The translations under genes and the position numbers were made by a program. Shown one piece after another: positions 14,989 to 30,684 of a stretch of DNA of 64,000 bases. How positions within the stretch are numbered: position 1 is the first letter of the stretch; every line of letters begins with the position of its first letter. This stretch comes from the human T2T-CHM13v2.0 reference genome, Homo sapiens. The notes under the pieces are model-generated. The model was not told the DNA's origin, did no database searches, and was given only the letters and a program-made list of their open reading frames with translations. The stretch is taken from NCBI RefSeq assembly GCF_009914755.1, contig NC_060934.1; one strand, 5' to 3'.

Positions 14989-15533
14989 TGTGATGGTTAA
15001 TATTGTCAACTTGATTGAACTGAAGGATGCAAAGTATTGTTCCCGGGTGTGTCTGGGAGGGTGTTGTCAAAGGAGATTAACATTTGAGTCAGTGGGCTGG
15101 GAGAGGCAAACCCACCCTCAATTCGGGTGGGCACCATCTAATCAGCTGCCAGCACGGCTAGAATAAGGCAGGCAGGAGAAGACGGAAGGACTAGACTTGC
15201 TGAGTCTTCTGGTCTTCATCTTTCTCCCATGCTGCATGCTTCCTGCCCTCAAACATCAGACTCCAAGTTCTTCAGCTTTTGGACTCTTGGACTTACACCA
15301 GTGATTTGCCAGGGGCTCTTGGACCTTTGGCCACAGACTGAAGGCTGCACTGTCGCCTTCCCTACTTTTGAGGCTTTGGGACTCGGACTGGCTTCCTTGC
15401 TTCTCATCTTGCAGATGGCCTATTGTGAGACTTCACCTTGCAATCGTGTGAGTCAATACTCCATAATAAACAACCTTTCATATATACATCTATCCTATTA
15501 GTTCGGTCCCTCTAGAGAACCCTGACTAACACA
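14989..15533 (+). mobile_element. MLT2A2 LTR (3' LTR of HERV-L)
   Basis: TG...CA termini (tgtgatggttaata ... gaaccctgactaacaca), 545 bp, AATAAA at 15465-15470. Confidence 0.85.
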
Positions 15534-15933
15534 TTATTTTTCATCTTTCTGGGCCTCGCCAATCAATTTAGGGAATGAAAAGAAGGAATTCATTCTACTT
15601 TGTTCCCGTTTGTCATCTTCACAGCTGAGAAGCAGGCTTTCTACATCTTCACCAGGAGGCCAGTTTGTGGATACTCTGTCTTTTACTGGTAAAGATGCTC
15701 CTTGTTGCTGGATTCTAGATCCAGAAGGCATCAAGGCATGCAAAGTCTTCGAAATTAGGGCCAACAAGGAAAACTTTCTGTGATTGTGGGAGCCGAGAGT
15801 TCCCATCATCAGACTGCCTTCTGTGAAGAACTGGTGATTTCTTCTAGAAAATCAATCCCATTGACTCCTGTCCTTGTTCATGACTTAATCCAGAACAGTG
15901 CCTGTGGATGCTCAGTAAATATTTGTGAGATGA

Positions 15934-16247
<314 letters not shown>

Positions 16248-16280
16248 AGGAGATTTCATCAGAGATTCTTGTCTGTTGTA

Positions 16281-16411
16281 TTTTTTTTTTTCTTAGAGAC
16301 AGGGTCTTGCTATGTTGCCCAGGTGGGGCTTGAACTCCTGGCCTCAGGCAATCCTCCAGCCTCAACCTCACAAGTAGCTGGAATTACAGGTGTGTGGGAC
16401 TGCACCCAACT
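16281..16411 (-). mobile_element. FLAM/Alu monomer
   Basis: Single monomer. Confidence 0.7.
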
Positions 16412-16519
16412 TGTCTGTTTTTGGATGGTCTCCAGAATCATCTCCTACTGGGGCTCTGGATCAACTGTTTCATTGTGCTGTTTGTCATGGAATCCTAAAA
16501 CTTCCCCTGAAAGAATGTC

Positions 16520-16750
16520 TCTCTCTTACATCAAGAGGATGCCAAAAAAGGAGAATTTAGGTTGCAGATGGAATTAAGGCTGTTAATCAACTGGCCTTAA
16601 AATAAGGTTCTTATTCTAGAGCATCCAGTTGGACCCAACATAATCATGTGTCCTTAAAAGTGGAAGACTGAGACAGAAGAGGAGGTCAGAGTGATGCAAT
16701 GTGGGAAGGACTCAAACTACTCTTGCAGGTTTTGAAGATGGAGGAAGGGC
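16520..16750 (+). mobile_element. MLT1 (D/E-like) MaLR LTR fragment
   Basis: ggttgcagatggaattaagg...gtccttaaaagtggaaga...ttttgaagatggaggaagg. Confidence 0.65.
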
Positions 16751-16751
16751 A

Positions 16752-17041
16752 GGCCGGGCACGGTAGCTCACACCTGTAATCCCAGCAGAGGCCGAAGCGG
16801 GCGGATCACTTGAGGTCAAGAGTTTGAGGCCAGCCTGGCCAACATGGTGAAATCCTGTCTCTATTAAAAATACAAAAATTAGCTCGGCGTGGTGGCACAT
16901 GCCTGTAATCCCAGCTATTTGGAAGGCTGAGGCAGGAGAATCGCAGAACCTGGGAGGTGGAGGCTGCAGTGAGCCCAGATCTCACCACTGCACTCCAGTG
17001 TGGGTGACAGAGCAAGATTCCATCTCAAAAAAAAAAGAAAA
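16752..17041 (+). mobile_element. AluSx-like
   Basis: Dimeric Alu with a small left-arm deletion. Confidence 0.85.
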
Positions 17042-17180
17042 GACCCAGGAAAATTAACTGAAAGCAAATAAAACGTATCAAGGATGCTTATAAAATTAGG
17101 AAAATACACTAAAATGCTATTGTGATTCTGCTAAGTATGTACATGTATTAGCATTATGGGAAAGTTTTTTCCTAGCCTTC

Positions 17181-17793
<613 letters not shown>

Positions 17794-18305
17794 TGGTGTT
17801 TGCTTTTCTAATCTCACTTAATCCAAAGAGAGATTGCACAGCATTTAGACCTAGTCTTTGTCAATATTTTAAGCACACATTATTGTCCAATACATTAAAT
17901 ATCTTAGGGATTGATATTTAAAAGACATTATTTTCTAAATATGAAAGTGTATTATTAAATGAAGTGTGGTTATACAAATCAGGCATTCCGTCTGCTTTTT
18001 CCATTTGAGTATCATTGATCTGGAGACAGGAAAGAACTGGATATTTTTCAAGCAGTTCTCCTGAAATGTTATTACAACCGAGCTGTTGGGGCCGACGAGG
18101 ATTTCAGAGAACTGCAAGTCTACAACCAGGTAAGGGCAGCTCCAGAGCTTTAAACAGCCGGCCAGGCCCGGAAGCCTTCCAGGCTGAGGACTCTCAGCAG
18201 CAGGACTGGCCGCGTCGAGGAAAAACAAGAGGGGAAGAGATGGCCTCTGGGGGATGGAAGCCCCAAAGGGAAGAAAGACCTGGTTTCTGGCAAAGAAACC
18301 ACATT

Positions 18306-18640
18306 GGCCAGGAGCTGTGGCTCACGCCTGTAATCCCAACACTTTGGGAGGCCAAGGTGGGAGGATTGCTTGAGCCCAGGAGTTTGAGACTAGCCTGTAA
18401 GACCACTTCCCCCAACTCTAAAAAGAAAAAATAAAAATTAGCCGGGTATTTGGGTCAACTTGTGATAGTTTACTTTGACTAGTGTGGTCTTAGTTGTAAT
18501 TATTTCGGAGGCTTGGTTATACACGCCTGAGGCGAGAGGATCGCTTAAGCCCAGGAGGCTGCAAGTGAGCTGTGATAGCGCCACCGAACTCCAACCTGGG
18601 TGACAGGGCGAGACTCTGTTTCAAAAAAAAAAAAAAAAAA
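18306..18640 (+). mobile_element. AluJ with a rearranged right-arm start
   Basis: Dimeric Alu with an atypical segment at 18448-18526. Confidence 0.8.
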
Positions 18641-18829
18641 GGGAAAACCAGATCAGCACTTGGGGTGCCCCTTCCCCTCAGCTTTAGCAAGATCCTGTGT
18701 TTTGATGCGGTAGGCAGGTGCGTGGTTCAGTCATGCCCAATGCTCAGACCACTCCTCACTTTTCACATCCAGGAGGAGGAGCTGTCAGGTTTGACCGCAC
18801 TCAAGCAGCAAATGTAGTCCAGGGGACGG

Positions 18830-19640
18830 CTAGAGGTGAGGTCAGCCGCAAGACTGGCGTCACTGCGTGGGCCCAGCAAAAACCTGAGTCAGGAGGCGGC
18901 CAGGCAAGGTCAGTGGAGGGGGCGGGGCCCGAAGCGGAGGCGGAGCTTGGGGAAGCCTGGCGTGAGGGCGGGGCGGGGCCAGAGGTGGGCTGAGGCCGGA
19001 TCAGGCGGTGGGGGCGGTCCCCGTAGCCCCGTGAGGCTCGCGCCTGCGCACGGGCCCGCGGCGGGGCGGGACTGCGCGTGCGCGGTGCGCCGGCCCTGGA
19101 GGGCGGAGTCCGGGCGGGCGCCGGCCGAGGGAGGGGGCGCGGCGGCTTTGGAGTCCGGCGCTCCCTCAGGCCGCGGACGCGATGCTGGTTGCTGCGGCTC
19201 GGGCGGCGGGGCTGGCGGGGATGTGACGGGCGGCCCTTCGTCTCACCTTCCGTCCTCGGGCCCGCAGGTCGCAGGGCGGCCTGCAGCTGGGCCGCGGCCG
19301 AGGAGGCAGCGCGACCTCCGCACGGTGAGATCCGGGCTCAGGGCCAGAGCCGGGGCCGGGGTCGCGGCGGGCGCCGGGGGCAGCCCAAGACCAGGCACGC
19401 AGTCCGGGGCGGGGCGGAGGCCCGAACTCCCGGGCTGAGGCGGTGTCGCCCTCCCGTACCCGGCCTCCAGGGTGAGCCTCTCTAGCCCCTCGCGAGCCGC
19501 CGGACGCGGGGCGGGCGCGGACCCGGGAGGCCGGAGGGCGCCCTCCCTGCGGCTGTGACAGCGCGGGGCCTCGGGCCGCGGGCGCCGCCGCCTTTCAGGA
19601 GAAATCAGGGCGAGGCTGAGGCACTCTGATTTCGGAGCCT
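18830..19640 (+). promoter_or_regulatory. CpG island, TATA-less promoter of CCSER2
   Basis: Very high GC and CpG density. GC boxes GGGGCGGGGC at 18919-18928 and tandem at 18966-18980. NRF1-like GCGCCTGCGCA at 19040-19050 and CTGCGCGTGCGC at 19072-19083. Confidence 0.9.
19100..19324 (+). other. CCSER2: Non-coding exon 1 of CCSER2 (TSS position approximate)
   Basis: Lies within the CpG island, downstream of the GC-box/NRF1 cluster; ends at donor ACG|GTGAGA (GT 19325-19326). Confidence 0.7.
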
Positions 19641-21030
19641 GGTTGCGTGTGAGGGTGGATAGGGAAAGTACCGGGGCTCCCCGAATGAGTTCGATTTTTT
19701 TTTTCTTTCAATTACTGGGCTAAATGAAAGACACACCCTAAAACACATCCTGAGGTGAAACTTTGGTGGGGCACACCGTTGCCGTAGGTTCAGATCTTCT
19801 CTCTTGTCTTTAGACATGTATTTTCATACATTTTTAAATAATGCACCTACTTTCTTGATAAAGTAAAAGGAGGAATGAAGGGACTCCTTTGTGGTGGTCC
19901 TTGGTGGCGAAGCTTGTTTCCATTTCAGTAATTGCATATTCATCTGTGTGGGCTCCCCGACCAATGAGGCTGGCTGCTCCCAGACAAGGCCTTAGCGGAG
20001 TGGAAATGACTGACGCAGGGACTCTGGTCTCAGATTAGAGTGTTGGTAGCTCACTCCTGTAAGAGAGAAATTGAGCTTTAAGCTTTTTAAAATAGCCATA
20101 TGAAAAGCATTCCTTTTCTCCTGAGCATTAAAATATGACGGAACCTATTCATTTGGCCAGTTGTTTTTTTTAAAGCATCATCTTTTAGACTAGAGACTTT
20201 AGAGATGGCAGCTGCTCTTTAACCAAAAGGAACTTAAGATGCTCTCCTGCAAAAGATGGGTTCAAAACATGTCTTATCCGTCATCCATATGTGATAAAAA
20301 TGTAAATATTCCTGAGTGTTTGCCTGAAATCAGTCTTCTTCCTCTTGGACTTTATTACTGTTTCTCTTAATTTATGAAAGCTTGTTACTGTTATTTTTTG
20401 TTTTCGTTTGTGTTCTAAACAACATTGGCTTCAAATAATCTTCAGGTTAAAAATGCACACTTTGTTGAACCCTTTAGCCATAATTCATACTGTCGTACTT
20501 CAGCATAAGCCATAGTTAAGAAAGCACTAGAAGCCATCCTGAAAGCAAGCCGAAAGTCTCTATTAAGAATTCTGTAAAAATTCTACCTTTCCACATTCAG
20601 ACCTGCATTTTTTGTTGCTTTGACTCAACTCCTTTGACTATTTTGGAGGAAGGGACTTTGAATCCATATTTACAAGTCCTTCAGTGACTCTCCATAGTCT
20701 ATATCGATAAAATTCAAAGTCCTTCATGATTAGCGGTATTTGTCTCCATTCTAGTGTCATCTTCTACCATTATGCCTGCCCTCTCTATATAAGACTGTTG
20801 CAGTTCTCTGAAGATGACATCTTCCTCTGTGGTTTTTCAGTGTTCTTTGTTGAGAATTCTCTACCTAGTAAACAACTTGCCCTTGAAGACCTTACGAAAG
20901 TATCACTTCTGAGGCTTGTCTAGACATTTCATCCCTCTTGTCTTAACTGATTCGTACACTCTCCAGTTAGTATTTGTCAACTGGTAGTTAATGATTTGTT
21001 TATGTGTCTGTCTCCACCAGGTTTTGGGGT

Positions 21031-21301
21031 TTCTTTTGTGTTTTTTGAGACAGAGTCTTGCACTGTGGCCTGGGCTGGAGTGCAATGGCCTCATCTCGGC
21101 TCACTGCAACTTCTGCTTCCTGGGTTCATGCGATTCTCTTGCCTCAGCCTCCTGAGTAGCTGGAATTATAGGCACACACCACCACACCTGGCTAATTTTT
21201 TTTTAGTAGAGACGGGTTTCAGTATGTTGGCCAGACTGGTCTCAAACTCCTGACCTCGTGATCCGCCCACCTCGGCCTCCCAAAGTGCTGGGATTGTAGG
21301 C
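21031..21301 (-). mobile_element. AluS (5'-truncated)
   Basis: Reverse Alu ending at gggattgtaggc. Confidence 0.85.
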
Positions 21302-22835
21302 TGGTTAGGAATGAAACCCCAGTTATGTTAAAAAAAATCCATTTTATGATACAGGAATAAAAAGGGCATGACCAATAAAGATTGCTGCTTCATTGGTCCT
21401 ACAACTTTATTTTGAGGCGCAAAGTCACGCAGGTAGAAAGGGATGGCGGGGATTACAGTCCAGGTCTTTTGACCATCTGTGTATTTCACTTTTGCCCCCA
21501 GTCTCCTAATTCTAAATCTTAATTGTTTTACAATTTGAATGGGAGTTGTGAGCGACTTGGATGTGTTCTGAAAAAAGGGTCAATAGAATATTGAACTTGA
21601 AAGAATTAACAGATTATTTGGTTCAACTTTAAAAATTTTACGGTTAAACAACTCAGCCTAAAAAGACAACTTGTTTGAGATTGCTTAGGCTCACCTACAT
21701 CTCATATCTCCTGACCTCATCATTGTGTGTTTTTCACTACTCCATGGTGCTTTGGGGTGAAATGAAGGAGCTGCCAGTTTTTCAGAGGGAGTGCAAATCT
21801 GCTTGCACTTTCTCCCTCTTTGAATACATGGCTGCCACTCCTAGGGACTTAGAACCCTTGTGGCTGAGAAACATGATAATTCATTTGGGGATATGGGAGA
21901 AACCTAACCTTCACTATTCCTCTCAGCCAGATAGTTTTAACTTCAGTGCTTGGGGCGCTCTCTCCAGATGCCCCATAACAAGTGGCTTCTGATCACCATA
22001 TGGACATCTCACATACAGTTAAGTTTTGATGGTACAATGAGATTTTAATATAAGAAGGTTGCAGCTGGCTAATAGCATGGCTAAAATTACTTGTGTGGCT
22101 TGTCTGTGAGAGGAGCCTATCTTACTCCTATGTGATAGGATTTTGGGGGAAAAAATTGATGATTGTGGCTGTCTCTAAAAAGTTGAAATGTGTACTTAGT
22201 GGTGTGGGCCTGACCAATTCCAAAAGGCTTTTTATCTTACAAACAATGGTCAAAGAAATTTTAAAAATCAAAACAAACTTAATTTTTCTTCTTATTTCTT
22301 GTCATATCAGTGGTTTTATATGATAAAGCATACACATAATGCTTAATATTTGCTTTCATATTTGATGTTTTATTTTTGCTATAGTTTTTATACCTTTAGA
22401 TGATTATACAGTGTTACAATGTCATTTCTTAATAATTGGACATCTAGATTGTTTACTATTTTGCAGATAATGCCGTTAGTATATAGCTGTTTATCATTTT
22501 GCTTCTTCCCTTTGGGCTAAAGGCCCAGGAGCAGTATTACAAAGTCAGAGGGTATGAAGGTTTTGTTAATTCTGAAAAATATTACTAGATTTACTTCTAA
22601 AAGATATTGATTTACAGACTCCAGTAGAGTTTGGTTGACCATTTCTATCATACTTTATAGGTTTTTGCTTTTAAAAGTTTGTTTTTTAAAAATGAGGATA
22701 AGGTTCCTTGCAGTTTAACATCATAGTCCATAATAGACAAGCAAATGCAGTATTCTTCTAGTTTTATTTTCTCCTTTATTTGTCCATCGTCCATAAATTT
22801 ATTGGAATCTTCTCACCAATTTTCATTAGCACTAA

Positions 22836-23147
<312 letters not shown>

Positions 23148-23184
23148 TAATCCCTATATTATATATTTTTTTAAAAAATCAGTG

Positions 23185-23335
23185 TGGCTGGGTGTGGTGG
23201 ATCACACCTGTAATCTCAGCACTTTGGGAGGGTGAGGCGGGAGAATCGCTTGAGCCTAGGAGTTCAAGACCAGCCTGGGCTGTTAACATAGTGAGACCCC
23301 CATCTCTATTTTAAAGAAAAAAGATAAAAGAAAAA
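23185..23335 (+). mobile_element. FLAM_C
   Basis: Single monomer with A tail. Confidence 0.75.
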
Positions 23336-23809
23336 AGTCAGTGATTTTTGTCCTTTGATTGTGTTTTTTGAGAATGAATGCCATGTACCTGTTTGATGCA
23401 TACTTTTATTTTCTTAAGCTTCTAGAATTCATTTTGTTATGTATATATATTTGGAAAGTTAATATACAACTGAGATAAAATTTCATTTATGTGTATTTTA
23501 TATTATAGAAAACTACATTATTATGTTTTCATTCTTTTTTCTGAACTTAAATAGGAAAACAAAATAACCTAACTTTAATACAAATGTGTACTTGTTTTTT
23601 AATAAATTATGGTAAGTTTTAGTTAAACTAACATTTTTATGACAGCAATATATTGGTTAATTGAAATTTTTGTCTGTTCAAGATTAACCAGAGGGTTGTC
23701 TTTAACTCTTATTGCTAATCATTCTAAAATATATGAAAGGAAACCTTAGTAATCTGCTCCCACTGGGGAGCAGGTTACTCCCATTCTAGATAGATGAGAC
23801 ATCCCAGGA

Positions 23810-24000
23810 TAATAGTTAACATTGAGTGCTGGGTGTTTTGCTGGTTCTTGGCATGGAGTTTCTTACCTAATCTTCACAGCAACCCTAGGAGGTAGGTTCT
23901 TTTAGTATCCTCATTTTGTGGATATGAAAATATAGAGACTGTGACCTGCCAAGGATAACATAGGTAGTAAGCATTGGAACTGGAACTCAGTCAGCCTGCT
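23810..24000 (-). mobile_element. MIR
   Basis: aatcttcacagcaaccctaggaggtag...atcctcattttgtggatatgaaaa. Confidence 0.6.
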
Positions 24001-25742
24001 TTTAAAAGATGCTATTTCAAAAGTATTATCTTATTATCCATGCCAAGGATTTGGACTTCATTTCTTAGACATTGGAAAGATTAGGTGTTGCAAAGCAAGG
24101 GGATGATATGGTATGTTATCTCTTTTAGGGAGATTGCTCATGTGACAATGTGGCTATATATTGAATTATGTTTATAATAGGAAGTGGTTGAAATATTCAT
24201 GTGAGAAATGAAGGCTAAACCTTGAGGTGGAAGTGGAGATCGGGATATTTTGGAAATATATAGGAATTAGTAACTGATACACAACAGAGTGGGAAGGCAG
24301 TGTATTGATTTGGAAGACATTGAGTGGGGTAATGACAGATGAATATGTGCTCACAGCACTTTGTTATATTTCTTTCACAGCGTTGACTGTGATGTATTGT
24401 ACCTATTCTAGTAACATATCTGTCTCCCCCACTGGATTGTGTGCTTGTCAAAGATAGGGACTGAGTAGAGGAATGAGTGAATATAGGATGAAATAATACA
24501 GAAAGGTCAAGAGACTGAACTGGGAAACACCAAATTACCAAAATGAAAGAGTGGGTGGAGGAAGAGTAGCTCTAGAATGTGACAGCTGTCAGGGAGGATG
24601 GGGGAAGAGCCATCAGGGAGGAGGCAGAGGGGTAGGGAAGTATTAGCACAGACATGAGCATGTAGAATGCTGCCACCTCAGGCTACAAACAGTTGTGGTT
24701 GGTGTGCCCTGCTGTCATAAGCTGATTGTGGTTGTATAGGGTGAACTTGTCTTTCCGTTGTTATTGACTACTTAAGTTTTCTCTGAGTATCTGATGGCTT
24801 TCTGCCTCTTTGGCTTCTGACTTCTGCTTGCTACAGGTGCTGATGCTGGGGTGTGATTCAGCCTATTGAGATCAACCAATGAGAACAGTCCTTTCTTTTT
24901 AAGTGAATTGACCAATCATAGTATGTGAGATGTAATTTCTGAGTTTTTAGCTCTTCTCTGATGAGTTGATTGGTTTGGAATGTCCTAGAGTTACTTCTCT
25001 ACCTTTAAAGACTTCTGGTTGATTATATTAAGGTTTGGAGCCATTGGGAAGCCAGAGGATTCTTAAAGGTTGGATCCATGAGCACTGAAGTTTTTTACCT
25101 GTTTATTTTTTCAAGTTGATCAGTAGCTTAGTTTCAGTATAGTTGGATCATCTTTGAAGACTGTTGGTCTTAAAAATGCCACAGATTATTCCAAATAATT
25201 AAGAATCTCTGTTTTCTTTGTACTTTATAGCTACGTAAGACAGGGGCTTGTTTTAAATTTTCTTGGTCAGCTCCTAACTTACTTCATATGTCTGTTTTTC
25301 AAAGAGTTACTTGGTAAAGGAATTTGCTATTGATTTTTTTCTACAACCATTTGCTTCAGGCCATCCTTACCCTCTGTTCTCTGCCTTCTCCTGTTTTCAT
25401 CTACCCTGTTTCTGTCCTTGATAAGGACAGTGGGAAAGGGAAAAGAGAAAAAGCATGAGGGATTACTCCTTCCTTCCCTTTGTTATGGTAGTTGTTACTG
25501 CTCTCCTCCCTGCCATCGCTGCTCCCAGCTGTTCACTTTGGCATGGTCTCCTACCCTGTATCTTGAGTTCTGTGTGTGAGAATAGAAATGCAAGGCATGG
25601 CTCTTTAGCTGAGGAACGATGGGCATCTCAGGGTTTTGGTCCTTCTGTGATCTCTCTTTTGGTGCCTGGTATTGAAAAGCCCAGTGACATCTTGTATCTG
25701 AGCAAGTGTTTTCTGTTCCCCAGCATTCTACTTCTCTCTCTC

Positions 25743-26158
<416 letters not shown>

Positions 26159-26749
26159 TGATGACGAAGGCCCTAGTGAATACGCTAGGGACAAAGAAGC
26201 AAGACAGATACCAGAAGGTACTTTGAATTGTTGTTGTCATCATATTAATGATATTTCGTTGCAGCCTGAGTGCTTTAGGGCAATTTGAGAGCTTTCTCTG
26301 ACCATTATCTCTTGGCAGCCAGTGTTAGGGTTGGGAGTTATATAATAATTTTCTCTGAAGATCTTAGCTTAGAAAAACAGGGACTATTCATAATAGCTAT
26401 TTAAGTCTGTAGAATGGACTTGATGATATTTTGGTCAGAGTTGGTAGGCCACTTTATAGGAAACATCCAGGTGATATTTCTTTTCGGGGTGGGGAGGCAG
26501 GGATGGCCATCTTTCTGTTTTGTTTTGTTTCTTTTCCTTATTTAAAATTTTTTCTCAGGTATATTTTCCTCATTTTAGGAGTAGTATGGTATGGCTTGTC
26601 AACCTTTATTTATTATTGGTACTAGCTAGAGATGTAGACTTGGCCATTGTTGTGGCCTTTCTTGCAGTCATGTTTTTCCAGGACTTGAGATGTTTTACAT
26701 TCTAAATTCCTTCAATCCTGGCTTAGAGAATAGATTCTCAGTCTGGATT

Positions 26750-28150
26750 TTTCTCATTCATTCATTCAAGAAATGTATTCCGAGCACTTGCTAGGAATAG
26801 TTCAGTCAACAAAACAAATTTTCTGCCTTTGTGGAGCTTACATTCTAATGACAAGATACAGAAAATAAGTATATGTGTAATATGTCATCTATTACATTGC
26901 TGTGGAGAAAAAGCAGGAAGAGGTGAAAAGAACATGTGAGGGTGATGCTGCTGTTTTATCTAAGGTGGTTAGGGAAGGCTGTAATAAAAACTAGTATTTG
27001 AACAGAGATCTTGAAGAAAGAATGTGATCTATGCAGATATTAGGAGAGAGAGAGTACTTGATGAAGATAGAACTGGAATACAAAGATCCTGTGGCTGAAG
27101 CTTGCTTGACCTGTTCTAGGAGTGGCAAGTAGGCCAGTGCAGGCATTGAGGGGAAATGATTGGTAGATGAGGTCAGAGAGGTGGGTTGGGTTGGGGGGAT
27201 ATGCCTGATCATATATGGCATTGTAGGCCAGTGAGACTGGCTTTTAAAAGGTGGGGAGCCACCAGAGTTTTGACTTGTTATAAGTAGAACTCTCAGCTGC
27301 TATGTAGGGGTGGCGCATAATGAGATTATTTAGCAGGCGCAGCAGTAATCCTAAGTGGGAGATGATGATTTTAGGCAGGGATTGGGAGAAGTGCCCACAT
27401 TTTGTATACATTTTGAAGCCAGAGCCAACAATTTAATGATGGATTGAATGTGGGCTGAGTTTGGCCTGAAAAACTGGACAAATGGAGTTAACATTTCCTG
27501 AGATGGGTAAGAGCGCAGAAGAAGCAGGGTTTTAGCGGGGGAAGTAACGAGTTCAGTTTTGGACATTTTAAGTTAGTAATCTGAGTGGAGATATGGTGAA
27601 GAGAGCTGGGTATGCACAAGTCTGCAGTTCACAGCAGAGGTCTGGGTTAGAGATATATAAATTTGCAGTTATTAGCAGAGAGATAGTATGTAATGCCTCG
27701 AGAATGGATTAAAATAATTTAGGGAGTGAATGTGGCTGGAGAAGTCCCACAAGTTAGCCTTGGGATCCTGTAATGTTTTCAGAGGGAGAGAAACTAGCAG
27801 AGGAGACCAAGAAGCCGCACGCCTATAAAGAAGGAAGAGAATTAAGACTGAGTTGTATCAGTGAAGCCAAGTGAAATGTTGTAAGAAGGAGCGAGTGAGT
27901 AATCAGCTGTGTCAGATGCTATTAGATTGAGGACTAAGATAAAGCAATATGAAAATCATTGGTGACCTTAACAAGTTGTTTCTGGTTTAGTGGTGGAAGT
28001 GAAGACTTGATTGGAGTGGGCTTAAGAGAGAATTGGAGGAAAGGAATTGTAGACTGCTGGGATAGACAGTTTCTTCAAGGAGTATGCTGTAAAGTAAAGC
28101 TAAATAACAGGGTGGTAGCTGGAGGGGATGTCCAGTCAAGGAATTGTTTT
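26750..28150 (-). mobile_element. L2 element
   Basis: cattcattcattcaa start; ctgcctttgtggagcttacattcta; gagttcagttttggacattttaagtt. Confidence 0.75.
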
Positions 28151-28195
28151 TTAAAAGATGGATGCTCTTCTTTTTTTGTATTCTTATTTACATAC

Positions 28196-28992
<797 letters not shown>

Positions 28993-29569
28993 TCAACAGA
29001 GAAAAAAAATGCAGGATCTACGTCGTTGAAACGTAAATGAAATTAACTTTATCCTCATCTGTGCACTCAAGGTCCATCATCATCATCATGATGGACTGTA
29101 CTGCAGTTTTGTGCAGTGCTTGCCTTGTAGTAGCTTCAAAATTTTGATTTAGCAACCTATTTGTTATGGTAGTTTTACCTTTTTAAAAATAAAAGTTAAA
29201 TTGCAGAACAAATGAGCAACTTTTCCAGGGAAATTTTGACAGCTACTCTTCTCTACCACCCCTTTTTTTCCTAATGTACCTGATCTCATTTTACTGTAAC
29301 TGCTTATGATTATTGAGTTGATGTTTGAGATGAATTCAGAAACTGTGTTGAAAGCACATATTACAGTTATAGCACTTTATATGCCTCTTTTCGTGGTTCA
29401 TTTATGTTTAAGTAAATAGTAGTCAATATTTAGTGTTGGAGCATCATTACAGTTGCTTCTTAACCCTCTTCATTGGTCTTTCTCCAGATTTTCTTCCCTT
29501 AGCCACTGATCCATGCCCCAAGTTTTGGATTTCCGAAACACAGATCTGACCAGGTTCTGTTTTTGCTAA

Positions 29570-29842
<273 letters not shown>

Positions 29843-29973
29843 TGATGTTTCTTACCATAGGACTACAGAGTAAAGATCAGATTTTTTATTAGCATACAGA
29901 TAGTACTCCAAGAGGAGATTCCATGAAAATGAGAAATGCTTTGACATCTCTCTGCTTTTGCACATACTATTAC

Positions 29974-30287
<314 letters not shown>

Positions 30288-30349
30288 CACTATTTCTTTT
30301 TTTGTAGAATACCATTCATCTTCTCAGCCTTCTCATTAAATCACTTTAT

Positions 30350-30684
<335 letters not shown>

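Noticed and set aside
18127-18135. Strong donor CAG|GTAAGG upstream of the CpG island
   Set aside because: No convincing acceptor or promoter nearby; would matter only if LTR-driven upstream transcripts exist
18836-19485. 200-aa and 135-aa GC-rich ORFs in the CpG island
   Set aside because: GTG starts, low-complexity G/A/R content and stop-codon depletion caused by GC richness; they also run through the exon-1 donor
29072-29096. 9-bp stem gtccatcat/atgatggac around (CAT)n
   Set aside because: Short and driven by a low-complexity triplet; expected by chance in 64 kb
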